From: Octopus vulgaris
Lineage: Eukaryota
Assembly (NCBI GenBank): GCA_951406725.2
Contig: OX597825.1
Coordinates: 67,146,001 to 67,210,000, forward strand
Length of the DNA: 64,000 nt
Reading direction: 5' to 3'
Both the position numbers and the translations under genes were made by a program. Positions 39,212 through 52,999 of this stretch are shown here, piece by piece (position 1 is the stretch's first letter; each line of letters opens with the position of its first letter). Under the pieces are notes generated by a model that was not told the origin of the DNA, did not search any database, and was given only the letters and a program-made list of their open reading frames with translations.

Positions 39212-39700
39212 GAAAATACCGATTATTCTATGCTTGGCAATGCAGACATAGCATATTTCATACCTGGTTTCCATTAAAAGGGGGTTTCTGGTGGAGAAGG
39301 CAATCTCAATAATATAATGCTGACTTCTAATATTCTTATGTCGTCCTGTGTGTTTTCCGGTAGATATATCCATGGTAGCCATCACCTATGGCACCATTTC
39401 AGAGAACATGACAAAATATCGGAACTGTTTCACATGACACTATCGATCCAGTAAAAGTGTTATTGCTTGTGTGTAATTTGGTACTTGAACAATCATTGCA
39501 AAATTTATCGGTGTTACATGGCATTCCTTCTTGAGGCAAAGAACAGGATTGTTATGTCAAATGGCATAAAATTAGTGTTGCTGGTATGATATTGATGAAA
39601 TATCAATTGGTAACAAGAACATGTATTAAGGAAATCAATTCGCTTGAATTGAAACTAACAGCAGAAGTTTCTTTTTTGACGCTGGCCAGATTCATATATA
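39212..39700. repeat. ~490-bp direct repeat, copy 2
   Basis: See 35486-35972. Confidence 0.9.
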
Positions 39701-39762
39701 CCTGGAGCAAAATTTCTTTTCAGATATTGTATCTTTTGAACTGAACTTTAATACATGTTTTG

Positions 39763-39912
39763 GACGCAGAATGGCTGTGTGGTAAGTAACTTGCTTACCA
39801 ACCACATGGTTCCGGGTTCAGTCCTACTGCATTGCACCTTGAGCAAGTGTCTTCTAATATAGCCTCAGGCCGACCAAAGCCTTGTGAGTAGATTTCGTAG
39901 ACGGAAACTGAA
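39763..39912 (+). mobile_element. SINE family A head module
   Basis: tggctgtgtggtaagtaacttgcttaccaaccacatggttccgggttcagtcc...ggaaactgaaa. Confidence 0.8.
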
Positions 39913-40069
39913 ATTGCTGGTATTGTGCCAAGATATGTAATCACTATTATTAATTGCAATATTATTATTGTGTGAGAGAGCAGCAGATGACATCAAAGTG
40001 ACGCAGGGTTACAAATATAGGAAACCGAATATACCCATCAGTATTATTACTGCAATAATTATAGTGGTA

Positions 40070-40100
<31 letters not shown>

Positions 40101-40684
40101 AAGAAGAAGAAACATCTAAGGAGTGGAAATCATATTTATCGTAGCTGATTTGGGGTAGATACGAGGTTTATTGATGTTCTAAGCAATTTTCGAAAGGTTC
40201 AATGAAGCGTAACATATACTTTGAAATATTAAAAAAAAATCATAAATACAGTTCGTTGTAATGGCATAAGAGTCAGAATGATTATTATATAATTGCAGAA
40301 TAATTAATTAATTTCGATAGTATCTTGGTATAGTTTTATTGATTCCATGGATGAAATTTATTTTAATTGCCATGAATGAATTATAGCTTAATTATTGCAG
40401 CAGGTTTTCATCTTGAGGAAAACATTGAGAAAAATGGAGGAAAAGAAAAGATATAGGAGATGAAACGAAAATTTTGGATAAAAAAAATTTATTGTTTGAA
40501 AAAAAAATCAATAAAATTATTGACAGATCAATAAATACAATTTCAAACCACTAATTTCAGTTTAAAGTATTTCATAATAGTTTATCTCACTAACCACCGT
40601 TTCTTTTTACCTTAGCATTTTCTTCATACACTAAAATGAGATTCTTATCGTATACAAATTACATAAGATTATGAGTAAATGAAT

Positions 40685-40748
<64 letters not shown>

Positions 40749-41859
40749 TATAAACTATATCAAATCCTTATTTCTTAAGTTCTGAGTTCAAATTCCGCCG
40801 AGATCGATATTGCCTTTTACAGATTTAGGATCGGCACACAGGGGTCAATGCAATCAACTAGTCTCCTACCCCCAAATTTCTACCATAGGCATTGTTATTT
40901 TCATTGCCATCTTTCAATTTTTTTCCATATCTTGCTAAGTACCTTCCTGTCATCTAGGGCAGAGAAACGCACATTATACACTGGTACAACATTAAAATAT
41001 ACACAACAGATTGTTCATGTACAAAGTCGGGTGATAGAGAAAGAGGAGAAGAAAGACAGAGATTATATGAATACGTATACACAAAAACACACACACACAC
41101 ACACACACACGGATATATATATATATGTACACACACACTTACCATAGACATAAACATACATACATACATACATACACACACAGAGAACACACACACTGAC
41201 ATATATGTCTGTACAAATTTAGATACATTATAAATATATATAATAATATATGTATAATACATATATATATATGCACTTATATAAGTATATGGCCATATAT
41301 ATGTATGTATGCAAGTATTTATATGCACATATGTATAAATATATGTATATACATATATATCCATATATATATACCTATTCTTCTGTATACTTACACATAC
41401 ACATACATGTACACACACAAATATAGATGTATGTTTGTGTGCGTGTGTGTGTGTGTGTAAAAGAATATAGGGGAACTTTCATTCATAAAATTACAAAGAT
41501 GGGCTGCTAAAAGAAAAAGAATTCAGTACTAGAGATAAAACTTTAATAATTCTCTAAATAACAAAGTTTCCGTAACTTTAGTTTCATCTTTCCAATTACA
41601 GTGGTCAACAAAATATAACATTTATTTTCTGGCATAAAATCCTTGAGCTGATATAGTCTAATTTTAGGGTGTTGATTCCAAAACTGACCTCATCATATCT
41701 TTTGCCACCAATATAAACCTTGATTTACCTGGAGCATACGAAATGTTAACTTTGCACCACTATTTGCAGGAATTTCGGCTGGATCGTCATGCTAATTTTC
41801 AATATATTCAAGTTGAGATTTGCTTCTTTTCCGATGTGAACTGAACCACTGTGATCTGG

Positions 41860-42520
41860 TTATGGATGCAACATTGAAAAGAAGGAAGTGCTATAATGAC
41901 CCCGATATATTCTGTTACATTTGTGGAAAATTCACTCCACAGGCTCAAAGGCGCAAGGTGTATCTTGCTGACTATAATGTAGCACTGGAAAATCAGGGTA
42001 AAATTTTGGCTCCCCACAAAGTTTGCAAAACCTATGTTGAAATTTGGTGTGATGAAGTAATTCATCAAAGCCCTTGATCAAGTCTCAGTGACGAAAAGAA
42101 GAAAATGGGAATATTTTATGGTCCTGAAATAAGAACACTCCTCAGCGATCTATATTTTGTTACAACAATCAGTGAGCTTGGAATGCTTTCTCTGATGTGG
42201 TGCAGAATCTCCTTCGGGACAGTGAATGTAACAACTATCAAGAGGATCTGCTCTTGAGTTTGCAAGTATTTCGATGAAGAATGAACATTAAATTGCACTC
42301 TTTACACAGTCACTTAGGTAAATTTCCAAAGAACCTGAATAATGTTAACGAAGAACAAGGTGAACACTTTCAACAAGACTTAAAAATGATGGAAGAACGC
42401 TACCAAGGCCGATAAGATTCAAATATGATGGCAGATTACTATTACTGCTGGAGCTTAATAAGAGACATTTCAGAATCTGCGCACTAGAGATCGTCCAAAA
42501 AGTGAAAGATCTTGCAGTAA
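41860..42520 (+). pseudogene. Decayed DNA transposase remnant (Chapaev3/CMC-like)
   Basis: RRKCYNDPDIFCYICGKFT...APHKVCKT, GIFYGPEIRTLL, MNIKLHSLHSHLGKFPKNLNNVNEEQGEHFQQDLKMMEERYQGR*DSNMMADY..CWSL. The superfamily call is from remembered motifs. Confidence 0.6.
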
Positions 42521-42751
42521 TAAAACGATCGGAATGAATGATCACAATGAATAGAGATTTTGTATTCATATTTGGTTATCACCAAGTTTAATTCTTACTT
42601 GCTAATGGGCATTTACTCCCACAGGTTTGTCTTTTGATTTATTAGATTAAAAGCAAAAAGGCATATTATCTTTTGAAAATTGTATCTACGTATGTTTAAT
42701 TCTTCCTTTATGAGCATTAAATAGCTGTTTCTTGAATATACTAAAAGATTT

Positions 42752-42895
42752 TTACGGAGATGTACTTGCAGAGCAAGTGACCTGATCTGAGATCGTGTGC
42801 TGGAACGAAAACAATTGCAGCGTGGAAGGTGTTTATAAGCCATTTAAGAAACACACAAAAATCGTTAGATTCACTTCAACATTTAAGTTTAATTT
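42752..42895 (-). mobile_element. Fragment of the G3-C8 hammerhead element family (post-cleavage portion only)
   Basis: Reverse complement of 59756-59899. Confidence 0.8.
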
Positions 42896-43492
42896 ATATC
42901 TCAAAAATCTGATGTGAAAGGCAACACATGCAAATTTGGATTCAGCACCTCAAAATTTGCTAAAAACTATTGATAAACGTTGTGCCAGAAAAAATGTTGA
43001 CCAGTGTAATTGAACAGTAATGGTGGGGCGGAACTGAAGAAAGAACTGTGTGGAGAAAGGAGACCCTAGAAAGTGTGGTACATTAAATGGTAAAATATGT
43101 TGGCTGGCTAACGCGGAAGAATTTGAACTATTGAGCATAACGTTAGACCGAAAGTCTTGGATGAGGTTGTAAAATAGTGAAATTAACTGAAATCCAAGTA
43201 TAGAAAACATGAAAAATAGTGTTGTGTGTGTCGGTAACATACGGAAACTATCAAGCCGAATGTATTGAGCTAGGTTAGATAGAGGTGGAGGTATATAAAA
43301 AGACGTAGAGTTTAGTACGAATTTGATATAATGGCGCAGGAGTGCTAAAGTCGGCGGAAGAAGCGGAAGTCGGCGGGCGCTTTCGTCTTCTCCCATCACC
43401 ATCTTCATTCCATCACCATCATTCATTAATGTCTATGTCCAGCCCGCAGCTACTATCTGTGTAATGCCCTTGTGGCAAATGAAATGAAATAA

Positions 43493-43634
43493 AGTAGCTT
43501 GCTAACCAACCACATGGTTCCGGGTTCAGTCCCACTGCGTGGCATCTTGGGCAAGTGTCCTCTGCTATAGCCCCGGGCCGACCAATGCCTTGTGAGTGGA
43601 TTTGGCAGACGGAAACTGAAAGAAGCCTGTCGTA

Positions 43635-43685
<51 letters not shown>

Positions 43686-43900
43686 GTTTGTGTGTCTGTG
43701 TTTGTTCCCCCAACATCGCTTGACAACCGATGCTGATGTGTTTATGTCCCCGTAACTTAGCGGTTCGGCAAAAGAGTCCGATAGAATAAGTACTGGGCTT
43801 ACAAAAAGAATAAGTCCCGGGGTCGAGTTGCTCGACTAAAGGCGGTGCTCCAGCATGGCCGCAGTCAAATGACTGAAACAAGTAAAAGAGTAAAAGAGTA
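43493..43900 (+). mobile_element. SINE family A copy
   Basis: Consensus in sense orientation, ending (GTAAAAGA)n. Confidence 0.9.
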
Positions 43901-44074
43901 ATTCATTTAAATAAACTGAACGTATATTTAGTAGAATTTGTGGGAAAATACTCGGAAATACTAATTGTAATTGCAAGAAGTGGAAATTTTTTGAAAGCGC
44001 TCAAGTAATGCGAACGTTATTGATAGTCTATAGATAGGAACCCTTAGCTTTAACTTTTACTGTGAATATTTATT

Positions 44075-44603
44075 CAGAACTTAACTGAAGCTAAATAGAA
44101 TGTATTAAAAAACAAGTAAGAGAAATAACTATTCTTTCTATTTACCTAATTCATCAAACATATAATTTCCGAGCCTTTTATTTTTCGGCAAGAGATTCTG
44201 AAAATGTTAATGCAAATATAAAACGTTTAAATTCCAAGAGAAGTAATATCTTGTACAAACGTTACCCGAAACTAGGTAAAAAGCATTTAGAAAATAACCA
44301 AGAGAAGAAAGTAATATACTATTTACCTAAATTGTGATAGGGAAAACATTTCAGTGCTTTTTTCAACAAGTGGTTCTGCAAATGGTAGAGCAAAGACAAG
44401 GCATTTAACTTCTAAACGAGGAAAAATAATGTACCAATGTTGACTAAACCTAAGCAAAATGTATTAAGAAAACAACCAAGAGTTCTACATGACATTCTAT
44501 TTATACAAATTGTCAAACCGAAAACATTTCAGTGCCTCTTTCAGTAAGAGATTCTGAAAATGGTACAGCAAAAAAAGACGTTTAACTTCTAAGCGACGAA
44601 ATA
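44075..44603. repeat. Three degenerate tandem copies of a ~178-bp unit
   Basis: aagagattctgaaaatg (~44190), aagtggttctgcaaatgg (~44368) and aagagattctgaaaatgg (~44547), with flanking similarity. Confidence 0.75.
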
Positions 44604-44987
44604 TAAACTCTCTCTCTGTATATATAAAATCTTTTGTATATCTGTTCCCGATGCATTCTCAAACTGCTCAACCAAATCAAATGAAATTTTACATGGCAAA
44701 ACTATGAGACCCCAGGACTGTCAACATGTAAATCTTTTGGATTAAAATAATGCAACATTGGCACTGGCTCCGTATTGCGTCTCAAAATTCGAAATATAAA
44801 AGTCAAACCTTCGACGGAGTAACAGTTATAAATAGTTTCACTTTTATATTGTTTCCTATATATACATATACACATATTTATACATATATGTATATATATG
44901 TGTATTATATATATATGTATATATATGTATATTTATGTGTATGTATATATGTATATTTATGTGTATGTATATATATATATTTATGTG

Positions 44988-45038
<51 letters not shown>

Positions 45039-45158
45039 ACAAAATAAGAAAATGGAGGAATATACTTTAATCAATGATCAACTACCAGATGTTATCCCAT
45101 AGAGGGTTACACTCACAACCCCTATCTTAATGTGTAATATATATATATATTGACATAT

Positions 45159-45194
<36 letters not shown>

Positions 45195-45654
45195 CGTGCG
45201 TGTGTGTGTGTGTGTGTGAAGATTGACGAAATGCTCCTATGTTTTTTACCCGTCTAGCTTATAAATCTGCCAGCTCGCCGTTTCGTAAATTATTAACACA
45301 TTTGGAGTCGGTGCTAAAGCAGAGCGTTAGTTCTTATGGATAAAACTAACTCAAATGCATTAAAAAATCATATATTAACGCTTCGATAGTTCTCATATAA
45401 TTTTTATCTGTACTGTCACCCTGAAAGAATTTCAAAATTCAGTATGATATAGCTCGTTTCAATGCATTCCTCTAAATACAAATATCTTCCTTTTAAATTA
45501 AACTGACAAGATAGACAGGCCAAGAAAGTTGCAAGGTGAAATAAACGGTGTGCTACAAGAAACGCCATTAGCTATGGATCAAAGCAGCAAATAGAATATA
45601 TGAAAGACCTTCTATAGAGAAATACGCAAAATTTAGTAGAAGAAATAATCTTTT

Positions 45655-46730
45655 CTACTTTTCTACTCTAGGCACATAGCCCGAAATTTTAGGGGAGGGA
45701 GCCAGTCGATTAGATCAACCCCAGTATCCAACTGGCAGTTAATTTTTCGGCCCCGAAAGGATGAAAGGCAAAGTCGACCTCGGCGAAATTTGAACTCAGA
45801 AGGTAACGGCAGACGAAATACCTATTTCTTTACTACCCACAAGGGGCTAAACACAGAGAGGACAAGCAAGGACAGACAAAGGGATTAAGTCGATTACATC
45901 GACCCCAGTGCGTAACTGGTACTTATTTAATCGACCCCGAAAGAATGAAAGGCAAAGTCGACATTAGCGGAATTTGAACTCAGAACGTAGCAGCAAACGA
46001 AATACCGCTAAGCATTTTGCCCAGCGTGCTACCGTTTCTTTATTTCTTAACTGCCCACAAGGGGCTAAACATAGAGGGGACAAACAAGGACAGACAAAAG
46101 GATTGAGTCGATTATATCGACCCCAGTGCGTAACGGGTACTTATTTAATCGACCCCCGAAAGGATGAAAGGCAAAGTCGACATCAGCGGAATTTGAAGTC
46201 AGAACGTAACGGCAGACGAAATACCGCTACGCATTTCGCCCGGCGTGCTAACGTTTCTTATTTCTGGCCGCCTTTGTAGAAGAAATAATATCGGTTCAAA
46301 TTTTGACTCCAAGCCGGCAAATTCGGGGGATGGGATAAGTCGTTACATCGACCCCAGTGCGTAACTGGTACTTAATTTATCGACCCCGAAAGGATGAAAG
46401 GCAAAGTCGACCTCGGCGGAATTTGAACTCACAACGTAACGCAGACGAAATACCGCTACGCATTTCCGGTCTGTTAAGGATTCTGCCGGCTTGCCGCTTT
46501 AAAAGAATAATATCGGTTCAAATTTTGACTCCAAGCCGGCAAATTCGGGGGATGGGATAAGTCGCCTTCATCTGCCTTAGTTCTCAACTGCTACATATTC
46601 TACCGAGCCTAAAAAGGGATAGAAGATAAGGTTGTCCTGGGCATAATTTGATATCAGAACGCAAAGACAGACGAAATGCCGCTAATCATTTTGCCCGGCG
46701 AGCTAACGATTCTGCCAGTTCACTTCCTTT
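45655..46730 (-). mobile_element. Cluster of about five SINE family B units
   Basis: Repeated consensus, junction gacgaaatac|ctatttc at ~45821, and a ~60-bp direct duplication at 46280-46342 / 46503-46563. Confidence 0.9.
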
Positions 46731-47707
46731 AAATGAAAAGTCATATTAATGTAATGATGGAAATATTTTGTATGAGAAGAAATGGAGGAAGATAAACTAC
46801 ACCAAAAACATGAGAAATAAATGGATTAAAACTTAAAATTCTTTAAAACAGTGCAGATTCTTTAGACACTTTAAAGAAACTTGACGTGTTCGTCTAATAG
46901 AAAAATGTTTGAAGTACGCATATGATGCGAAATGAGATGTGTACAAATGCTTAAAGCAAAGCAGAATAGAGATGGAGAACGAATGACAAAGACAATATAA
47001 CATGCTATACAAATATCCACAGCTACGAGATATCCAACAAACCAGGTAGAAAATAACAATAGAAAAAATATATCTATTTCGATCTGGATGGGATTTAAGC
47101 AGAACTATTAGGTCCAAAATTCTACTGCACTACTCACGCTGTCCCAGTAGAGACAAAAAAAAATGGGTTTCAAAAATAAATATTATTCAATCGATAAGAT
47201 TTTATCTACATTCTGTAATCACCTGCATGCATGAAATCATAATATAGTTTTTAGTTTTTTTTTTTAATAACATAAAAATCAATGAACAATATGGAAATGT
47301 AAAGAGATTTAGATTTGCAGTCAGTTTCAAAACTATTTACGCATATTGCAAATTCGATAAGAAAAAAATAATAAAATGGAAGAAAAATGAAGCTAAGCAA
47401 TCCATATTAGATGTAAAGAAAATACATTATATAAACTGACAAATGCCAAATGTGTTTGCTCGCTAGTGTGTTGGATGACAGCGAAAATATATTACTGAAG
47501 CAGCTAACTTGTATAAATAGGCTTGCGTGCGTGTGTGTGTGTGTGCGTGAGAGAGAGAGACACACACAGACAGAGATAGAGAGATAGAGAGAGGGACAGA
47601 CAAACAGATAGAGAGAGAGAGATAGAGACAGACAGACAGACAGAGAGAAGGAGAGAGAGGTTATGAATGCGCAGAGTTGATAGAGTGTTGGAAGGTTTTC
47701 TTTGCAG

Positions 47708-47817
47708 AAATCGTCCAGGCTCCACTGCGATCTGGTTACAAATCTCGTCGAAGTCAACATTAAGTTGTATACTTTTGAGATAGATGAATAAAGTATCCGA
47801 CCTCTACGAGTCCATCG
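47708..47817 (+). other. Candidate host exon (possible first coding exon [11 protein letters not shown])
   Basis: Acceptor ttttctttgcag and donor G|gtgagt around unique sequence, ATG at 47784. No homology evidence. Confidence 0.2.
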
Positions 47818-48114
47818 GTGAGTTGGGGGTTCGAGGTCAGGTATATATATATATATATATATATGGGGGGAGTATATGGGTGTATATATATATATATATA
47901 TATATATATGTGAGTGTGTGTGTGAGTGTGTATACATATGTACTATGTATGCATATATGTATATATATAATGTATGTATGTATGCATATATATATATATA
48001 TATGGATATTTATATGTATGTATGCAGATATATATATATATATATATATATATATGGATATTTATATGTATGTATGCATATATATATATGTATGGATATT
48101 TATATGTATGTATG

Positions 48115-48152
<38 letters not shown>

Positions 48153-48199
48153 TATATAAATGTATATATCTATGCATGTATAAATATGTATGCATCGTT

Positions 48200-48502
48200 G
48201 TATTCACCCACTAGAAATATCGGACTCGCCACACATTGCAAAATTACGTCACAATTACTTTACCTCAACCGGTCCAGCTCTCTTTAATGCCATAGCAAAA
48301 TACATCAAAGCGGAAACGGATCCCTTAAAATTCAAATGTTCACTGGATAAATTTCTTCAAAAAATCCTGGACCAATCCGCCTACACCCGCCTCTTTGCTA
48401 GAATGTGCCTGGTGCCCCATGTATTGACTAAAAGACTTCACCAGGTGGTGCTATTAAGTTCGACATGGTCTGGCGTTATACTAGCCGAAACCTATCAAAG
48501 TT
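48200..48502 (+). mobile_element. CR1-group LINE 3' end fragment
   Basis: [44 protein letters not shown], a typical post-RT C-terminus. Confidence 0.6.
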
Positions 48503-48509
48503 ATATATA

Positions 48510-48865
48510 CAGGAGTTGGACAAAATAATGGAAACATCTTAAAATTTCAAACAAATTTAATTAAATAATGGGTAGGACCGACTTTGGCAGTAATTACAGC
48601 TTCAGTTCTACGTGGTATGGACTCGAACACAGTTTGAATTGTTTCCAAAGGAATTTTTGTCCATTCTTCAGCTAAAACAGTCTCCACCTCTTGTAGTGAT
48701 GATAGTGGAGGTTATCAACTCCTTACTTTTTTTTCTAAAAGGCACCATAAATGTTGGATACTATTGAGATCTGGGAACTGTGGTGACCAGTTAAGATGAT
48801 CAACTTCACTAGAATGTCCCTCGTGCCATTCAGTAACAACTTTAGTTGTGTGAATTGGTGCATTA
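48510..48865 (-). mobile_element. Tc1-like transposon 3' fragment with TIR
   Basis: ta|CAGGAGTTGGACAAAATAATGGAAAC end. Minus strand reads [13 protein letters not shown]...[25 protein letters not shown]. Confidence 0.8.
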
Positions 48866-48882
48866 TACACATATATGTATGC

Positions 48883-48916
<34 letters not shown>

Positions 48917-49394
48917 TTGTATATATATATGTATATATATTTGTATATATATATACATATATAATATGTATGTATATATATATACATATATATATGTATA
49001 TATATATACATATATATGTATATATATGTATATATATGTGTGTGTATATATGGATATATATGTATATATATGTGTGTGTATATATGGATATATATGTATA
49101 TATATGTGTGTGTATATATGGATATATATGTATGTATATATAAGTATGTATATGTATATATGGATATATATGTATGTATATATAAGTATGTATATGTATA
49201 TATGGATATATATGTATATATATGTATGTATATGTATATATATATATATGTGTATATTTGGATATATATGTATGTATATATATATATATATGTATATTTG
49301 GATATATATGTATGCATATATATATATGGATATATATGTATGCATATATATATATGCATATATATGTATATACATATATATATGCATATATATG

Positions 49395-49426
<32 letters not shown>

Positions 49427-49465
49427 TTATGTACGTATATAAATATATTTATGTATATGTATACG
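48864..49465. repeat. ~600-bp compound (TA)/(TG)/(TGGATA) microsatellite
   Basis: Directly visible; source of many spurious I/Y ORFs. Confidence 0.95.
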
Positions 49466-50345
49466 AACATTGTAAATGAAATGTATGTACTATTAATGAA
49501 TTAATGAATACTTTTATGTTTAATTCTACTGTGTGTGTTCGTTTGCATCTATGTATATTTATATGGTTTTATCTATCTAATTTCTTCCGTTAAGGAACAA
49601 ACTGATTTCCAAGCAATATACAAAGTTCCATCTATGAAATGCAGATAACGAAATCAACGTCACATTTTAACCTTGAATAAACTCTTGCAAATTTTTACTG
49701 TTTCACTTACTGATTGTATTTGTACAGTGCGCATTAGATTACTGATTGCGTTACTTTGGAATCCAAGCTTAACTAGCCTGCGAGTTATGTCGGGGTTTCA
49801 GATGAGTTCGAAATCTACACTTATCCTTTCCCTCTTTGAAAACCAAAGATATATCCACATCAGCAGGACATCGGAGCTCTAGAAGAGCACATAATCTTTC
49901 TTGTCAGTCCCACACAACAATACACCTTTTTGGTGTTGATATTTCTATATGTATTTAATAGCAGGAGGATTCTCTGTATTTATTCCAGACCTTCTCTTCT
50001 TCGAATGGCCTTGCATATAGTTTCAGTGACAATTTTGAGACACAATATTGCTTGTGTTAATGTTTATGGAAGTCTTTTTTGTCCAAATGCAATGTAAATG
50101 TTTTATAGACAATGTCGTATCACATATGGCGGTAGTAACGTGTTGAACAATTTGGACACATGCTAATCGCATGTCTGATATCTTCCACACAAATATCACA
50201 TAATCTATATTTTCTGTTGCACTATATCTCATTTATTTACTAGATTTTTTTTTTGTTTTTCGAAAATACATAACCTTCGAAATGTGAGATAGTTGTCACG
50301 TGTTCAACAGAGGCTACAGCTCATGTCGATAATGCTGTCAACTTT

Positions 50346-50735
50346 AAGGCGGTGAGGTGGCAGAATTGTCATCGCACCCGGCAAGGTGCTTAGCGGCATT
50401 TCGTCTCTCTTTACGTTCTGAGTTCAAATTCTGACTTTTGGGATCAATGAACTAAGTACCAATCATGCATTGGATGAGATATGATCGACTAGTCACATTC
50501 CCTAAAATTTCAGGCCTTGTATCTTTAGTAGAAAGGAAATTACTGTCATCTTTAGGGAGGTGAGCTGGGAAAAATGCTTGCTGCATTTCCTCCGTGTATA
50601 CATTCTAAATCCAAATGCTTCAGTGTCAGCTTTACTCTTTATTCTTTCAGGTTCGATATAATAAATATTGGTTGGGCACTGGAGTCAATGTAATTCCCCC
50701 AAGTTTCTGGCCTTGTGCCAAAATTTGAAACCGAT
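50346..50735 (+). mobile_element. Two diverged SINE family B copies
   Basis: aaggcggtgaggtggcagaa...ttctgagttcaaattc...ggccttgt. Confidence 0.65.
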
Positions 50736-52017
50736 ATTACTGTCTTCGGATACTTCTATGCTGAGTTGCTGAGTATTTCACAACTAGGTGTCTTGTTTTT
50801 AAGTATGTCTGGTCAACTCTCTTAGTGTTGTTAGGGTTAGGGCTATTTTGGGGCTGTTAGGGTTAGGGCTATGGCTGTTTTGGGGCTGTATGTGTGTCTC
50901 TGTCTGTGACTGTATGTATCTATATGTAAAGAATTCTGAGCAAAGCCGCCGAATTCGGCATCTTTCAGAAATAATCAATATAGTTAATATAAACTTACAC
51001 AATTGAATTTCTCGAGTAGTCCTATCCCAGTCCCAGAATTCACTCTTCTTCACGTAACACGAATTTATCTTATTTGATGAATGTGCTTAACTGATTTTTG
51101 GCATGGCAATCCATCACGAGTTTCCTCAAATTCTAATTTAGTTTTCATTTGCATACATCATGCGTAGTTTAATATTGCCGTCTGTGATTTTAATTCTGAA
51201 AAGGGAAACTCTGAAATCCATTGACTACAGTTTTGTTTTTCTTTTGTGATACTGGGTTTGATGCGTTGGTCGACTATTTTACCATACTTTTTTCTTTATC
51301 TAAAATCATGAAAATTTTAATAACCTGGTAAGTAGAAGTTATGTGATCTTTAATAAATATAATGATAAAATAAATCACAATGAATTTAGTGATTTTATTT
51401 CACTGCTAAACACTGCTTTATACTTAATAACAAAACTGTTTTTTTGGCGAGAAAATTAATTTTAAATTTTTTGCAAAAATTTATATTTATTTTCCCCTTT
51501 TTTGCAAAAACTGTATTTGTTTAGACAAATATATAAAAATCCTCATTTGAATACGTAATTTCAGATATTAAATCAATAAATGCATCGTTTTAAATCCTTT
51601 GCTGCATTTAAAACATAATTTTAAATTCAAGCCAAATCAAATCCGCCATGCACCACATATAATGAGATTGAAAAACAAATTTCACGTTAGATGATAAAGG
51701 ATGGAGGCGCCTCGCAACTGCATTCACTATCTAAGATTAATTCCCCTCGTGGCTGCCTGTATGCAAATCTCGCCTTCACGGTCTTCACACATTTCTCATT
51801 CATCAACAGCCACATAAAATGGAAGATTTCTGTTTCTGCATAAATCAACTATTTATTATTCTAAACACTTTCTTAAAGAAAATCAAAATTATATTGAATG
51901 AATGGATTTAACAGAAGATTATAACAAAGGGGAAGAGAAAGGCAACAAGAAGAGTATCCTAATTTTCGAGTATTGTAAATGGTTTCTGATTTGTAAAAAG
52001 GTAGGTTATTTGTAGGT

Positions 52018-52253
52018 ACAAGGCGGTGAGCTGGCAGAATCGTTAGCACGCCGGGCGAAATGCTTAGCAGTATTTCGTCTGCCGTTACGTTCTGAGTTCA
52101 AATTCTGCCGAGGTCGACTTTGCCTTTTATCCTTTCGGGGTCGATAAATTAAGTACCAGTTACGCACTGGGGTCGATATAATCGACTTAATCCGTTTGGC
52201 TGTCCTTGTTTGTCTTCTCTGTGTTTAGCCCCTTGTGGGTAGTAAAGAAATAG
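52018..52253 (+). mobile_element. SINE family B complete monomer with 17-19 bp TSD
   Basis: GTAGGTTATTTGTAGGT at 52001-52017 and 52254-52270. Confidence 0.92.
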
Positions 52254-52751
52254 GTAGGTTATTTGTAGGTTGGGGTGTTAGTCGAATCCATCGCCCCAGC
52301 ATATGACTGGTACCATATTTTATCCACCGTGGAGCAAAGGAAAGCAAAGTTAATCACGGCCGGATCCAGAACGTAAATTTGACGAAGCAGTTCCTGCAAA
52401 GCATTGTTTCCGCTGCTTTAACTATTATGCCGGTTTGCTGTCTTTATCGAGTACAATGAATAACGTAAAACATCAGCAATTGTAACAAATGAAACACTAT
52501 GAAAGGACATTCCCGAGCCATAGGATCGCTACGGTCGGCCTTCTTGATTCTGTAGCCTCTGTATATACACCCAAAACCACGCCAATAGTTTAGAAGTGAA
52601 ATTTAGGATTTCCCGGTTATCTGCGAATCGATTTTGATAAAACCTTTTCCCAGCTGATTTGTACACTATTGCAACACTGTTGCTATACTTTCATTATTCT
52701 GTGTAACATCATTTGTATTTCAGATTCTTCAGTTTTTGCATGAACCACGCT

Positions 52752-52860
52752 AGGATGAAAGCAAAGTCGACCTTTGTGGGGTTTGAATTCAGAACGTAAA
52801 GACAGACGAAATACCGCTAAGCATTTCGCCTAGCGTGCTAACGTTTCTGTCAGCTCGCCG
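52752..52860 (-). mobile_element. SINE family B head fragment
   Basis: Consensus match. Confidence 0.75.
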
Positions 52861-52999
52861 TATTGGAATAAAAATAGCCCATCTAGACTTTTTTTTTTCA
52901 GAAAAATGAAGGGTAATGATACATACTAAATCATACATTGAGTATATATTTAACAGAAAAAAATAATATCATGACATTTATTGACATAATGAATTATTT

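Noticed and set aside
42950-43426. 158-aa minus-strand ORF
   Set aside because: No recognisable motif or splice support, and its start lies in a (CAT/CAC)n-like tract.
45655-46730. Regularly recurring repeats resembling a CRISPR or structured array
   Set aside because: The units are ~200-bp SINE copies without unique spacers, in eukaryotic DNA with no cas genes.
48715-49504. Long ORFs rich in I/Y/H/C/V (also 47784-48287, 60233-60829 and many others)
   Set aside because: Stop-free translations of (TA)/(TG) microsatellites, not genes.
50828-50875. Short TTAGGG units
   Set aside because: Only four units in two pairs. Too short to call telomeric, possibly a MITE core relic.
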